The notes under the pieces were generated by a model. It did no database searches and had not been told where the DNA came from. It worked only from the letters and a program-made list of their open reading frames with translations. Below are positions 1 through 10,394 of a stretch of DNA of 64,000 nucleotides, one piece after another. The position numbers and the translations under genes are program-made. Position 1 is the first letter of the stretch. Each line of letters opens with the position of its first letter. This stretch comes from Octopus sinensis (taxonomy: Eukaryota), in contig NW_021833827.1 of the NCBI RefSeq assembly GCF_006345805.1, positions 1,932-65,931 on the forward strand, written 5' to 3'.

Positions 1-272
1 TTTATGAACGTTACTAAATATTGTTTTGAATGTTTAACATACTCCAAATTTTTTTAAATACTATAATAAAAACTGGAAACCAGACCATGCTGTAACTTTA
101 TTCAACTAATATATTATTCTATACACACACACGCACACATATATACTAGCAAACGCACATGTCCTTTGGACGGTTTAAGTTGCTTAGGTGGTATTTTTTT
201 CACCAAATAATTGAATTACTGAGAAGGTTTATGAGTAGCACGGCAATCTATGTTTCTGATTAACCTAGGAAC

Positions 273-742
273 TTTGCTTAGCTCCCCTTCAGGGTTGGCG
301 AAAGCAATGTGGACAACGAAAAACCTGGCTGATGACAGTCAAGACGGATCTGGAACCCAACCTACGAAGCAATTGTTCCAGCTCCCCTTCAGGGTTGGAG
401 AAAGCGATGTGGTGGACAACGAAAAACCTGGCTGATGACAGTCAAGGCTGATCTGGAACCCAACCTACGAAGCAATTGTCCCAGCTCCCCTTCAGGGTTG
501 GCGAAAGCGATGTGGTGGACAACGAAAAACCTGGCTGATGACAGTCAAGGCTGATCTGGAACCCAACCTAGGCCCCCATATCTACGGCGTTCGCCGCTGG
601 AATAAGGAGTGGTTGGAGATCACGCGGTCGTTAGCCTCAAATCGCCAGGCCTGGTCGGCGTTTGTGAGAGATGCAGCATTGAGGATGAATGAAGCCAGCT
701 CAACCCACCCCGGGTGAATGCTGTCTCAAGTCAAGTCAAGTC
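273..742 (+). mobile_element. 5'-truncated RTE-clade LINE 3' end with target-site duplication
   Basis: One frame reads PAPLQGWRKRCGGQRKTWLMTVKADLEPNLGPHIYGVRRWNKEWLEITRSLASNRQAWSAFVRDAALRMNEASSTHPG*, an RTE-type ORF2 C-terminus. It ends in a (TCAAG)n tail and is flanked by the direct repeat AACCTAGGAAC (262-272, 743-753). Confidence 0.85.
281..570 (+). repeat. Triplicated ~100-103 bp segment at the 5' end of the RTE insertion
   Basis: GCTCCCCTTCAGGGTTGG starts at 281, 381 and 484; only the third copy continues into the element's 3' end. Confidence 0.9.
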
Positions 743-1385
743 AACCTAGGAACAGAAAATCAAATTGAAGGCTGGTTACTGTGGAGGTCATTGCACTTTG
801 ATGATCATAGAATATATAAGTTTGCAAGCGATGCAAAGGAGAGCTACTGAAATGTTTTGGGAGTAGATTACGGATAATGACTACAAAATATAGTTGTTTT
901 ATATAAAAGTGAAATTTCTCATCAGAAACCCACATAAACGGTGTAAGGAAATTTAAGGAAGACATTGAAACTTCCCCTCTGTGAATTTATTTTTTCAACA
1001 GCAAAGGGAGCTATTTCTTCGGAGAGATAAGCTAACAAAAGCCCTTTTATTCTGTCTTCCCACATAGCCTGCGTGTGTGTGTGTGTGTTTGTGTATTTAT
1101 ACATATATATTTATACAGATATAGATTTACTTATATATGTAGGGGTAGGTATGTACATGTACAGGACTAATAAACTAGACAGATACACACAGATACGTCT
1201 GCACACGAACATACAATAAATACTTACGTCTTGTGACCCGTAGTAATTCTTTTGCTGAGAAAACTCCTGTTGCAATGATACTGTCATTTCCTGATACTCC
1301 AGAATGGATGTTTCCAGGTACTGGAACACAGAAGAAAACATAACTCGTATATATACATACACCCATGCATATATATATATATATA

Positions 1386-1595
1386 TACTGGAGTAAACAC
1401 ATAAATGTGAAACAAGGTGGAAATAAGTGTACTCAAATACCAGGGGTAGAGTAATATGCTTTGCTTTTAAATAAAGTGTATATATATATATATATATATA
1501 TATACCGGAGTAAACACATAAATGTGAAACAAGGTGGAAAAAAGTGTACTCAAATACCAGGGGTAGAGTAATATGCTTTGCTTTTAAATAAAGTG

Positions 1596-1643
<48 letters not shown>

Positions 1644-1843
1644 CCGAGTAAACACATAAATGTGAACAAGGTGAAAACAGAGTACTCAAATACCAGTGGT
1701 AGAGTAATATGCTTGATTTAAAGCAGCAGAAATTCAACAAAACCTGTTACTCTGAGTTTCCCGTTGCCGTTCATCGGACAGTTTTTGCTAGCAAACTCAG
1801 AGTAACAGGTTTTGTTGAATTTTCTGCTGCTTTAAATAAAGTA
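1386..1843 (-). mobile_element. Penelope-like pseudo-LTR remnants: three (TA)n-separated units, the last with a fold-back and an HHR
   Basis: The unit GGAGTAAACACATAAATGTGAAACAAGG...GTAATATGCTT occurs at ~1386, ~1503 and ~1642. The third unit has inverted arms 1717-1759 / 1793-1836 with an HHR motif (1744-1781) running from the left arm into the spacer. Confidence 0.6.
1744..1781 (-). ncRNA. Minimal type I hammerhead ribozyme motif (CCGAUGA core variant, GUA site)
   Basis: Minus strand: CUGU-CCGAUGA-ACG gcaa CGG-GAAA-CUC a GAG-UA-ACAG. Helix I is CUGU/ACAG and helix III (ACUC-a-GAGU) is palindromic; the base of helix II is an A-G mismatch in this copy. Confidence 0.6.
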
Positions 1844-1949
1844 TATATATATTTGGCGGTGCCCCAGCATGGCCACAGCTCAAGAGCTGAAACTGGAAAA
1901 CGAAAAATATGTGTGTGTGTGATCATCAATGAGAAGATGAACCCCATTT

Positions 1950-2290
1950 TGGTGTACTTAATTTGTGACAGACCATGCCCTTCTTCTGCTGGGCTCAAAT
2001 CTCATTTGTGGACCCATGGAAAATGAACCTCCACTATATATCAGTGTGCACCTTTCAATGCCGTGTATACCATAAGGTCTGCAAATGTAATGGAGGCCTC
2101 AAAAGATATTTTAAGATCTACAAAGAGCAGAACTTGACTGCAGCTCTTGGTGATCCAAACCAGAGATGCAATCTGTGTGGATGTCTCGTCAAAATATTGT
2201 CTGGTTTAAAAAGCAACATCAGATGCCATGAGAGATCTAAGGTGTAAGTACAAGAGGAGGCCAGACTCTGCATAAGGAGTAGACAACCTA
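1950..2290 (+). pseudogene. Decayed C2H2 zinc-finger triplet, probably an RTE LINE ORF2 C-terminus
   Basis: Frameshifted peptides LICDRPCPSSAGLKSHLWTH, QCRVYHKVCKCNGGLKRYFKIY and RCNLCGCLVKILSGLKSNIRCH match the CxxC..S..GL.SH.R.H pattern of RTE C-termini. There are no TGEKP linkers. Confidence 0.5.
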
Positions 2291-2397
2291 CCTTTGAAAC
2301 ATGAAGTAGATACAAAAGGGGACAACTTTTGAAGGGACTGTTCTCTATGTTGCCTGTCTTGTTTCTTTCTCTATTTGTTTCTTTTGTTGTTTGAAAA

Positions 2398-2496
2398 CAA
2401 AATTCACTCACAAGACTTTGGTTGGCCCAAGGCTAGAGTAAAAGGCAACTGTCCATGGTGCCATGCAGTGGGACTGAACCCAGAACCATGTGCTTC
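2398..2496 (-). mobile_element. SINE family B fragment
   Basis: Nearly identical to 5191-5290 (AAAAGGCAACTGTCCATGGTGCCATGCAGTGGGACTGAACCCAGAACC). Confidence 0.75.
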
Positions 2497-2613
2497 GGAG
2501 GCAATATCGGAAGCACATGGTTCGCAAGCAATATCTTATCAGGACAAGGTGATGGGTGAACTGCAATATGGTAAGAGACTATTTATATCTGTTTTATTTT
2601 TCACTTGTTTTAG

Positions 2614-2652
<39 letters not shown>

Positions 2653-2860
2653 TACATATAATATATATTACATACATATATATACAAATACATACATATA
2701 TATATACATATACATACATATATATATATACATATACATACATCTATTTATAATTAATATAGGATAAAATTTTTTTCGGGAAAAAATTTTTATCAATGGC
2801 CAGCATATCAAAAAATGCCTTTAAAGGTGAGTAAGTATTTCATTTATATCTCGCGTATTT

Positions 2861-2917
2861 GCCGCTGAAGAGGGGAAAATTTCTTATGAATTAACCCCGA
2901 AATTGGACCAATATGGT
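2861..2917 (+). ncRNA. Minimal type I hammerhead ribozyme motif (CUGAAGA core, AUA site) in a probable Penelope-like remnant (~2755-3035)
   Basis: GCCG-CUGAAGA-GGGG(19 nt)CCCC-GAAA-UUGG a CCAA-UA-UGGU. Helix I has 2 Watson-Crick and 2 G-U pairs, helix II has 4 G-C pairs, and helix III (AUUGG-a-CCAAU) is palindromic. The remnant is flanked by (TA)n/(TACA)n. Confidence 0.75.
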
Positions 2918-3039
2918 AATAACGAATTTTTTAGAGATTTCTGTGGGTTTGTTTCGAGACGCATAAATTATAATGGTTATCGACAAAAAAATTTTGTTTC
3001 GGCATATTTGGCATTAGAATTTTTCTTCTGCCCTTATCT

Positions 3040-3199
3040 GTACATATACATACATATATATATACACACAATATATATACATATATATATACATACATAC
3101 ATATATATATATATATACTATATATATATATATATCATATATATATAATATATACATACATACATATATATATATACATACATACTACATACATATATA

Positions 3200-3239
<40 letters not shown>

Positions 3240-3280
3240 CATAATACATATATATATAGATACATACATACATACATATA

Positions 3281-3312
<32 letters not shown>

Positions 3313-3335
3313 CATATATATATATACATACATAT

Positions 3336-3368
<33 letters not shown>

Positions 3369-3414
3369 TATATACATACATACATATATATATATACATA
3401 CATATATATATATA

Positions 3415-3450
<36 letters not shown>

Positions 3451-3562
3451 TATATACATACATACATATATATATATACATACATATATATATATATACA
3501 TACATACATACATATATATATATACATACATACATATATATATATATACATACATACATACA

Positions 3563-3594
<32 letters not shown>

Positions 3595-3628
3595 CATACA
3601 TATATATATACATACATACATACATACA

Positions 3629-3660
<32 letters not shown>

Positions 3661-3793
3661 CTATATATATACATACATATATAATACATACATATATATA
3701 CATACATACATATATATACATACATTATATATATCATACATATATATATACATACATACATATATATATATACATACATATATATATACATAC

Positions 3794-3854
<61 letters not shown>

Positions 3855-3933
3855 CATATATACATACATACATACATACATACATACAAATATATATATA
3901 TATATATATACATACATATATACATACATACAA

Positions 3934-3964
<31 letters not shown>

Positions 3965-4219
3965 ATATTATATATATATATTATATAATACATACATACA
4001 TACATACATATTATATATATTATATATATACATACATATATATATATACATACATATATATATATATATATACATACATACATACATATATATATATACA
4101 TACATACATATATAATATATATACATACATACTATATATATATACATACATATTATATATACATACATACATATATATATATACATACATACATACATAC
4201 AATATATATATATACATAC

Positions 4220-4251
<32 letters not shown>

Positions 4252-4302
4252 CATATATATACATACATACATACATACTATAATATACATACATATATAT
4301 AC

Positions 4303-4335
<33 letters not shown>

Positions 4336-4506
4336 CATACATACATACATACATATATATATACATATATATATATATACATATATATATACATACATAC
4401 ATACATACAAATATTATATATATATAATATATACATACATATATACATACATACATAATACAATATATATATATATATATATATATACATACATACATAC
4501 ATACAT

Positions 4507-4551
<45 letters not shown>
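3040..4551. repeat. Compound (TA)n/(TACA)n microsatellite, ~1.5 kb
   Basis: Directly visible; source of the Y/I/M/C/V low-complexity ORFs. Confidence 0.97.
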
Positions 4552-4557
<6 letters not shown>

Positions 4558-4937
4558 GAAAAAATTGTACAGAAAAATGAGAAAAGAACACATGAAAAAA
4601 AATTGCAAAATAGACGTGAACATGCTTGTCCCTCATCAGTTATTGGCTGAAAGTCATCAGAGTTTCGAGCCGTTATCATTAAGATTGTTTCGTTTTGGTG
4701 GCGTGAACAGCCAGATGCCGTGAAGGTAAGCGACCGAAGATGCATGACAGTGAAGAAGACACAAGAAACGGATGATAAATGATGACAGGATAAAGACAAG
4801 ACATAATGGTGATGACAAAGAAATAGGTATCATCATCATCATCTTTTTTCCATGCTGGCAGGGGTTGTGTGGGCTCCTGTCGAACTGTCCAACCCATACC
4901 CGCACGGAAAACGGATGTTATAGGATTTTGTTTTTAT

Positions 4938-5317
4938 TTCTTTTACTTGTTTCAGTCATTTGTCTGCGGCCTTGCTGGAGTACCGCCTCGAAAGGATTTA
5001 GTCAAACAAATCTACCCCAGGACTTAGTTTTTTTTTTTTTAAACCTTAGTACTTATTCTATTAGCCCCTTTTGCCGAACTGCTAAGTTACAAACACTGGT
5101 TGTCAAGTGGTGGTGGTGGTGGTGGGGACAAACACAGACAAAGACATAAATATATATATATATGATGGACTTCTTTCAGTTTCCGTCTACCAAATTCACT
5201 CACAAGACTTTGATTGGTCGAAGGCTAGAGTAAAAGGCAACTGTCCATGGTGCCATGCAGTGGGACTGAACCCAGAACCATGTGCTTGGGAAGCAAGCTT
5301 CTTACCATACACCCACA
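4938..5317 (-). mobile_element. SINE family B (tRNA-derived, CORE-like ACCTTGGGCAAGT motif, AAAAGAGT tail)
   Basis: Colinear with copies at 7726-8135, 56717-57145 and 59851-60276; carries an internal deletion. Confidence 0.8.
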
Positions 5318-5463
5318 CTTAATAATATCTTAGGACAATTATACCCCATAGGACAATTACCCCCGACAAAAATTATCCCCTCTCTAATATATTAAGAAGT
5401 TTTAAATCATTTGTTGTCCTCAGGGGTCATTTTCTTGGGTGGGGGTAAACACACACACACACC

Positions 5464-5517
<54 letters not shown>

Positions 5518-5539
5518 AAACAAATGAGTACAGTTCTAT

Positions 5540-5880
5540 ATTTAAGAGATGAGGAATTATGTACATTATTTTCATTTGACGGATATTTGTCCTCATCTTC
5601 TTTGGTGTTCACACAACGTTTCAGCTGATATACCCTCCAGCCTTCATCAGACGTCATGGGAAAATTTTGAACCTGGGTTCTCATTCCTAAAGTATTTTCC
5701 GATGTTATCATTATCATAATTATTATTCAGATCACTGCCTGGAATCGAACTCGGGATCTTGGGATTAGTAGCCCACGCTCTTAACCACTACACCATATGC
5801 CCGTGGGCCACTAATCCCAAGATTCTGAGTTTGATTCCAGGCAGTGACCTGAATAATAATAATAATAATAATAATGATGA
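5540..5880 (-). mobile_element. Composite element: tRNA-derived head + (AAT)n + HHR-like tail, with an inverted partial copy of the head
   Basis: Minus strand has A-box-like TGGTGTAGTGG (5785-5795) and B-box-like AGTTCGATTCC (5741-5751), an AAT-rich linker, then CTGATGA...GAAACG. 5809-5870 is an inverted copy of ~5720-5770. Confidence 0.65.
5611..5655 (-). ncRNA. Hammerhead-like motif (CUGAUGA plus extra A, palindromic ACGU helix III, GUU site)
   Basis: GACGU-CUGAUGA-A-GGCUG gagggtatat CAGCU-GAAA-CG-UU-GUGU. Helix I is weak in this copy and the cleavage triplet is suboptimal. Confidence 0.5.
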
Positions 5881-6189
5881 TAATAATATTTTCTTATGTT
5901 TTAATTATTTCTGCGGGAGGTTTTGGAATGTAACACCCGCAATAGTCGAGGGATTGCTGTACATACATAAAAAGGGCTTTCGGCAATGTGACAAGCTTAA
6001 GACAAAACATATGCAGCTGTAGTGCTATGGAAGAGGTCCTATAAAACTTGAAAAGGGAAGAAGAGAGATAGAAAGATAGAATGAAAAGAGGAACACATAC
6101 ATAAATACGTGTGTGTGTGCATGTGTGTATGTGTGTGTATGTGTGTGTGTGTCATGCAAAAACCGAAAAAAAAAAGATTTTTTGTGGCT

Positions 6190-6407
6190 GTTGCCAGTAC
6201 CGCCCGACTGGCCCTCATGCCGGTGGCACGTAAAAAGCACCCACCACACTCTCGGAGTGGTTGGCGTTAGGAAGGGCATCCAGCTGTAGAAACTCTGCCG
6301 GATCAAGATTGGAGCCTGGTGCAGCCATCTGGTTCGCCAGCCCTCAGTCAAACTGTCCAACCCATGCCAGCATGGAAAGCGGACGTTAAACGATGATGAT
6401 GATGATG
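6190..6407 (+). mobile_element. Repeat family D (non-autonomous, RTE-like 3' end with (GAT)n tail)
   Basis: GGTTGGCGTTAGGAAGGGCATCCAGCTGTAGAAA...CATGGAAAGCGGACGTTAAACGATGATGAT, shared with 7225-7655, 8365-8650, 55480-55995 and 62957-63520. Confidence 0.75.
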
Positions 6408-6656
6408 GAACCTAGTGTGGCTTCTGTCGAACCATACAACCCATGCCAACATGAAAAGCAGACATTAAAAGAATAATTCATTTCTTTATTGCGCAGCTTC
6501 TCCCACTCCAATGAACCAAACTTCACTTCATCATGCACTATGTTTGTCTCTCTCTCTCCCCTCCTGCAGCCGGATGCCATTTTGCCATCTCTCTTCCTGA
6601 GCAGTGCTGGGTTAAGCATTAATCAAAATAAGCATCTGCTCCGGGCATAAGGTAAG

Positions 6657-7024
6657 CATCATCATCATCATCATTGTCTCAACCGTGGTCGAGACAATGG
6701 AATTTACTATGTTACGCCAGACTTCACGGTCCATCATGGCATTACGGAGGTCCTGTTGCTGGATGCCTGTATCCCTGGAGATTACATCAGGGTAGGAGAG
6801 TGTGCGCCCTCTGGTATCGCAAGCAGATGGCTTCCAGAGGAGAAGAGTAGAAATTACTTCTTTTTCAGCTCTACAACAATGTCCAGCAAACTGGACTCTT
6901 CTACCTTTCACAAGAGATGACACAGGTGGTAGTGTCCCATATATTTGCATTTTGGTTGGTTGGCGCTTCCACAAGAGATTTTGAGCTCTCATAAGGAGGC
7001 GGGTGTAGGTTCCATCCAAGGAAA
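6657..7024 (-). mobile_element. 5'-truncated RTE-clade LINE 3' end with 12-bp TSD
   Basis: Peptide LDGTYTRLLMRAQNLLWKRQPTKMQIYGTLPPVSSLVKGRRVQFAGHCCRAEKEVISTLLLWKP...DREVWRNIV, with a (GAT)n tail. Flanks are GCATAAGGTAAG (6645-6656) and GCATAAGGTGAG (7025-7036). Confidence 0.85.
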
Positions 7025-7224
7025 GCATAAGGTGAGAGAACATCTTAGAAATGGTAAATGGTTTACAGCACAAAAGAAATCACTTTAAACTTGCTTGAAT
7101 AATATTTGGGCGAGGGGCCTTATCACCACTAAGTATAGAGACAGATATGTTGTGTAAGATTTGGGGATCTGATCAAAGACTTTGCAATTAAGGAAAGTAG
7201 GAGAAAATCAAAAAATCAAAAAAT

Positions 7225-7655
7225 CAAACAAAATCAAAATAGATGAACATCAATGGAATTTGTATCTTTGTGGTACCAGTGCCGGTGGCACACGAGAAAA
7301 CCATCCGAACGTGGCCGTAGCCAGTGCCGCACCGACTGGCCTCCATACTGTGGGCACGTAACAATCACCATCCGATCGTGGCCGTTCGCCAGCCTCATCT
7401 GGCTCCTGTGTCGGTGGCACATAAAAACACCATCCGAGCGTGGCCGTTCGCCAGCCTCGTCTGGCACCTGTGTCGGTGGCACATAAAATCACCCACTACA
7501 CTCTCGGAGTGGTTGGCGTTAGGAAGGGCATCCAGCTGTAGAAACACTGCCAGATCTGACTGGCCTGGTGCAGCCTTCGGGCTCCCCAGACCCCAGTTGA
7601 ACCGTCCAACCCATGCTAGCATGGAAAGCGGATGTTAAATGATGAAGATGATGAT
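7225..7655 (+). mobile_element. Repeat family D with internal ~62-65 bp tandem units
   Basis: GTGGCAC(G/A)TAAAA units at ~7285, ~7349, ~7414 and ~7476, followed by the family D 3' end. Confidence 0.8.
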
Positions 7656-7725
7656 AAATAAAATGGAAGTCTACAAAAATAAATAATTAATAATAATAGT
7701 TTCTTATGTTCTAATTATTTCTGCT

Positions 7726-8135
7726 CTTTTACTCTTTTACTTGTTTCAGCCATTTGACTGCGGCCATGCTGGAGCACCGCCTTTAATCGAGCAACTCGAC
7801 CCCGGGACTTATTCTTTGTAAGCCCAGTACTTATTCTATCGGTCTCTTTTGCCGAACCGCTAAGTGACGGGGACATAAACACACCAGCATCGGTTGTCAA
7901 GCAATGCTAGGGGGACAAACACAGACACACAAACACATACACACACACACACTTATATATATATATACATATATACGACAGGCTTCTTTCAGTTTCCGTC
8001 TACCAAATCCACTCACATGGCATTGGTCGGCCCGGGGCTATAGCAGAAGACACTTGCCCAAGATGCCACGCAGTGGGACTGAACTCGGAACCATGTGGTT
8101 GGTAAGCAAGCTACTTACCACACAGCCACTCCTGC
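7726..8135 (-). mobile_element. SINE family B, near full length
   Basis: Tail TCTTTTACTCTTTTAC at 7726 and head complement CCACACAGCCACTCCTGC ending at ~8135. It interrupts a segment that is uninterrupted at 5880-6050. Confidence 0.88.
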
Positions 8136-8364
8136 AGGAGGTTTTGGAATGTAACACCCGCAATAGTCGAGGGATTGCTGTACATACATAAAAAGGACTT
8201 TTGGCAATGTGACAAGCTTAAGACAAAACATATGCAGCTATAGTGCTATGGAAGAGGTCCTATAAAACTTTCCTTAAGTGTTAGTTTTGTTTCATTTTAA
8301 AAGATAAAAATTTAGTTTATGGTTTATTATTGTTTATATTTTAAATCATATAATTATATATCTG

Positions 8365-8650
8365 AAGGTGGCCGATGCCAGCGCTGCCTCGACTGGCTTC
8401 CGTGCCAGTGGCACGTAAAAAGTACCATCTGATTGTGGTCGTTTGCCAGCCTGGTCTGGCACCTGTGCTGGTGGCACGTAAAAAGCACCCACCACACACT
8501 CATGGAGTGGTTGGCGTTAGGAAGGGCATCCAGCCATAGAAACATTGCCAGATCAGACTGGGCCTGGTGCAGTCTTCCCAGACCCCAGTTGAACTGTCCA
8601 ACCCATGCCAACATGGAAAGCGGACGCTAAACGATGATGATGATGATGAT
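8365..8650 (+). mobile_element. Repeat family D
   Basis: Same 3' end and (GAT)n tail as other D copies. Confidence 0.78.
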
Positions 8651-8720
8651 TGATAAAAATGGTAAGACAACAAAAGAAAGAAAGAGACCTCGATATTATG
8701 TAAATAGAGGAATTTATCTG

Positions 8721-8903
8721 TAAATGTAATAAGTGACAATTATTCGGTAGCCATGATAAAACTCTGAATTTCGGATGCCAAGGTGGAAATCCACTCCGCC
8801 ATCTCCTTTTTCCAGATAACTAAAGAGATGGCGGCGTGGGTTTCTGCCCCAATATCAAAACTCGGAGTTTTATCATGGCTACCAAATAATTGTCAGATAT
8901 TAC

Positions 8904-8908
<5 letters not shown>
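8721..8908. mobile_element. ~190-bp imperfect palindrome, probable Penelope-like pLTR remnant with a degenerate HHR (8815-8874, +)
   Basis: Arms TGACAATTATTCGGTAGCCATGATAAAACTC / GAGTTTTATCATGGCTACCAAATAATTGTCA. The plus strand reads GAUAA-CUAAAGA-GAUG...UAUC-AAAA-CUC g GAG-UU-UUAUC, with both catalytic boxes mutated. It abuts (TA)n. Confidence 0.5.
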
Positions 8909-8952
<44 letters not shown>

Positions 8953-8953
8953 C

Positions 8954-9034
<81 letters not shown>

Positions 9035-9624
9035 GGCACCAAAATCTTTTAAGTAATTAGGGCCTCTATGAGTCTTAATCCAGCCCTGGCCTTATGTAAT
9101 GTACTCCTTGGTAAACTATGCCTAAATGGGTTACAACACAAAAGAAATCAGTTTAAACTTGCTCAAATAATATTCAGGATGCCCTATCTCTACTAAGTAT
9201 AGAACCAGATGTGTAACATAGGATTAATTTTGAGGATTTGATAAAAAAAAACAGTTAGAGAAAACTGTGCAAATATAAATAAACACATAAATTGTGAGTA
9301 AAGTTTGGTGGAAGATTTTAATACAGAACTTTTGAAAACAAGACATTTGTAATACAGAGCCAGAGGTGGTTTCAGGTGGATTGATAAAAAAAGGGTTAAA
9401 TGAAAAACTTTTAAGTTAATAAATTTTGGGAGTTCTTTCAAAATTTGAATTTTCAACAGTTGGTTTATAACATCCTCCACCAGATCTGATGTTTGTGCCA
9501 CTTCATGATTCCATGATCAGTTATATATAATGTGTAATTTCTGTATATTCACCTGATGAAAATGTATGTTTTTTCGTATGATGTAATATCTCTATTTATC
9601 AATAAAAAAACATGTTGGAAACAG

Positions 9625-10270
9625 CTGTAGTGATTGAATGCTTATCCATCTGTTATTGTGGTTTTGATTCCTGGACCAAGTGATGTGTTGTGTTCTTGAG
9701 CAAAACACTTCATTTCACATTGCTCCAGTCTACTCAGCTGTAGAAATGAGTACCGCTAGTGGAGGCACATCACTTAGTGCTTTAGGGTGTTGGACACATG
9801 AGCGTGAGATTGTGGTTTCAATTCTTAGGTCAGAGAGTCTGTTGCGTTCTTGAGCAAAACACTTCATTTTATGTTGCTCCACTCCACTCAGCTGGTTAAA
9901 ATGAGTTTAGCCTGGAGAGGGATGGGCACTGCAAGGCTTTCTTGCCCTAGATACGCTATCTGGCTGCAGCACCCTATGACCCCCAAGGGAGTAAGGAACT
10001 TGTCAATAAATATAAATATTAAGGCGGCGAGCTGGCAGAAACGTTAGCACACCGGGCGAAATGCTTAGCGGTATTTCGTCTGTCTTTACATTCTGAGTTG
10101 AAATTTCAGGCCTTGTGCCTCATCTTATATGGACTATCAAGAATCAAGTGGACCCTGGTTGAAAACCACTGATTTAACCAGGGTTGTGGAGTTGGTAACT
10201 TAAGTACCAGTTGTGTACTGGGGTCGATCTAATCGACTGGCACCTCTCCCCCGAAATTTTGGGCTATGTG
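9625..10270 (+). mobile_element. Cluster of old SINE fragments (two TTGAGCAAAACACTTCATTT-type copies plus a family A head and body)
   Basis: GTTCTTGAGCAAAACACTTCATTT...GCTCCA.TC.ACTCAGCTG at ~9690 and ~9845; GGCGGCGAGCTGGCAGAAACGTTAGCAC at 10023. Confidence 0.6.
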
Positions 10271-10394
10271 CTTAGAGTTGAGAAGAATACATATAATATA
10301 TATACACACTCATATACACAAACATACTTACAAATATACATACATATATATGTTTGTATGGGTGTATATGTGTGTATGTCATTGTATTTGCGTT

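Noticed and set aside
145-260. Second Helitron-like 5' end (ACTAGC after TA repeats)
   Set aside because: Only six bases of resemblance and no matching 3' end found.
3040-4636. Long Y/I/M/C/V ORFs here and at 11.3, 52.7, 54.8 and 58.4-59.4 kb
   Set aside because: They are translations of microsatellites that lack stop codons by composition.
4625-4670. CTGATGA motifs on the minus strand (also at ~340, ~9553 and ~49829 on plus) as hammerheads
   Set aside because: No downstream helix II plus GAAA plus cleavage triplet in the correct order.
9193-9501. 102-aa minus-strand ORF as a host exon
   Set aside because: No recognisable domain or convincing splice sites, and it partly overlaps a locally duplicated segment.
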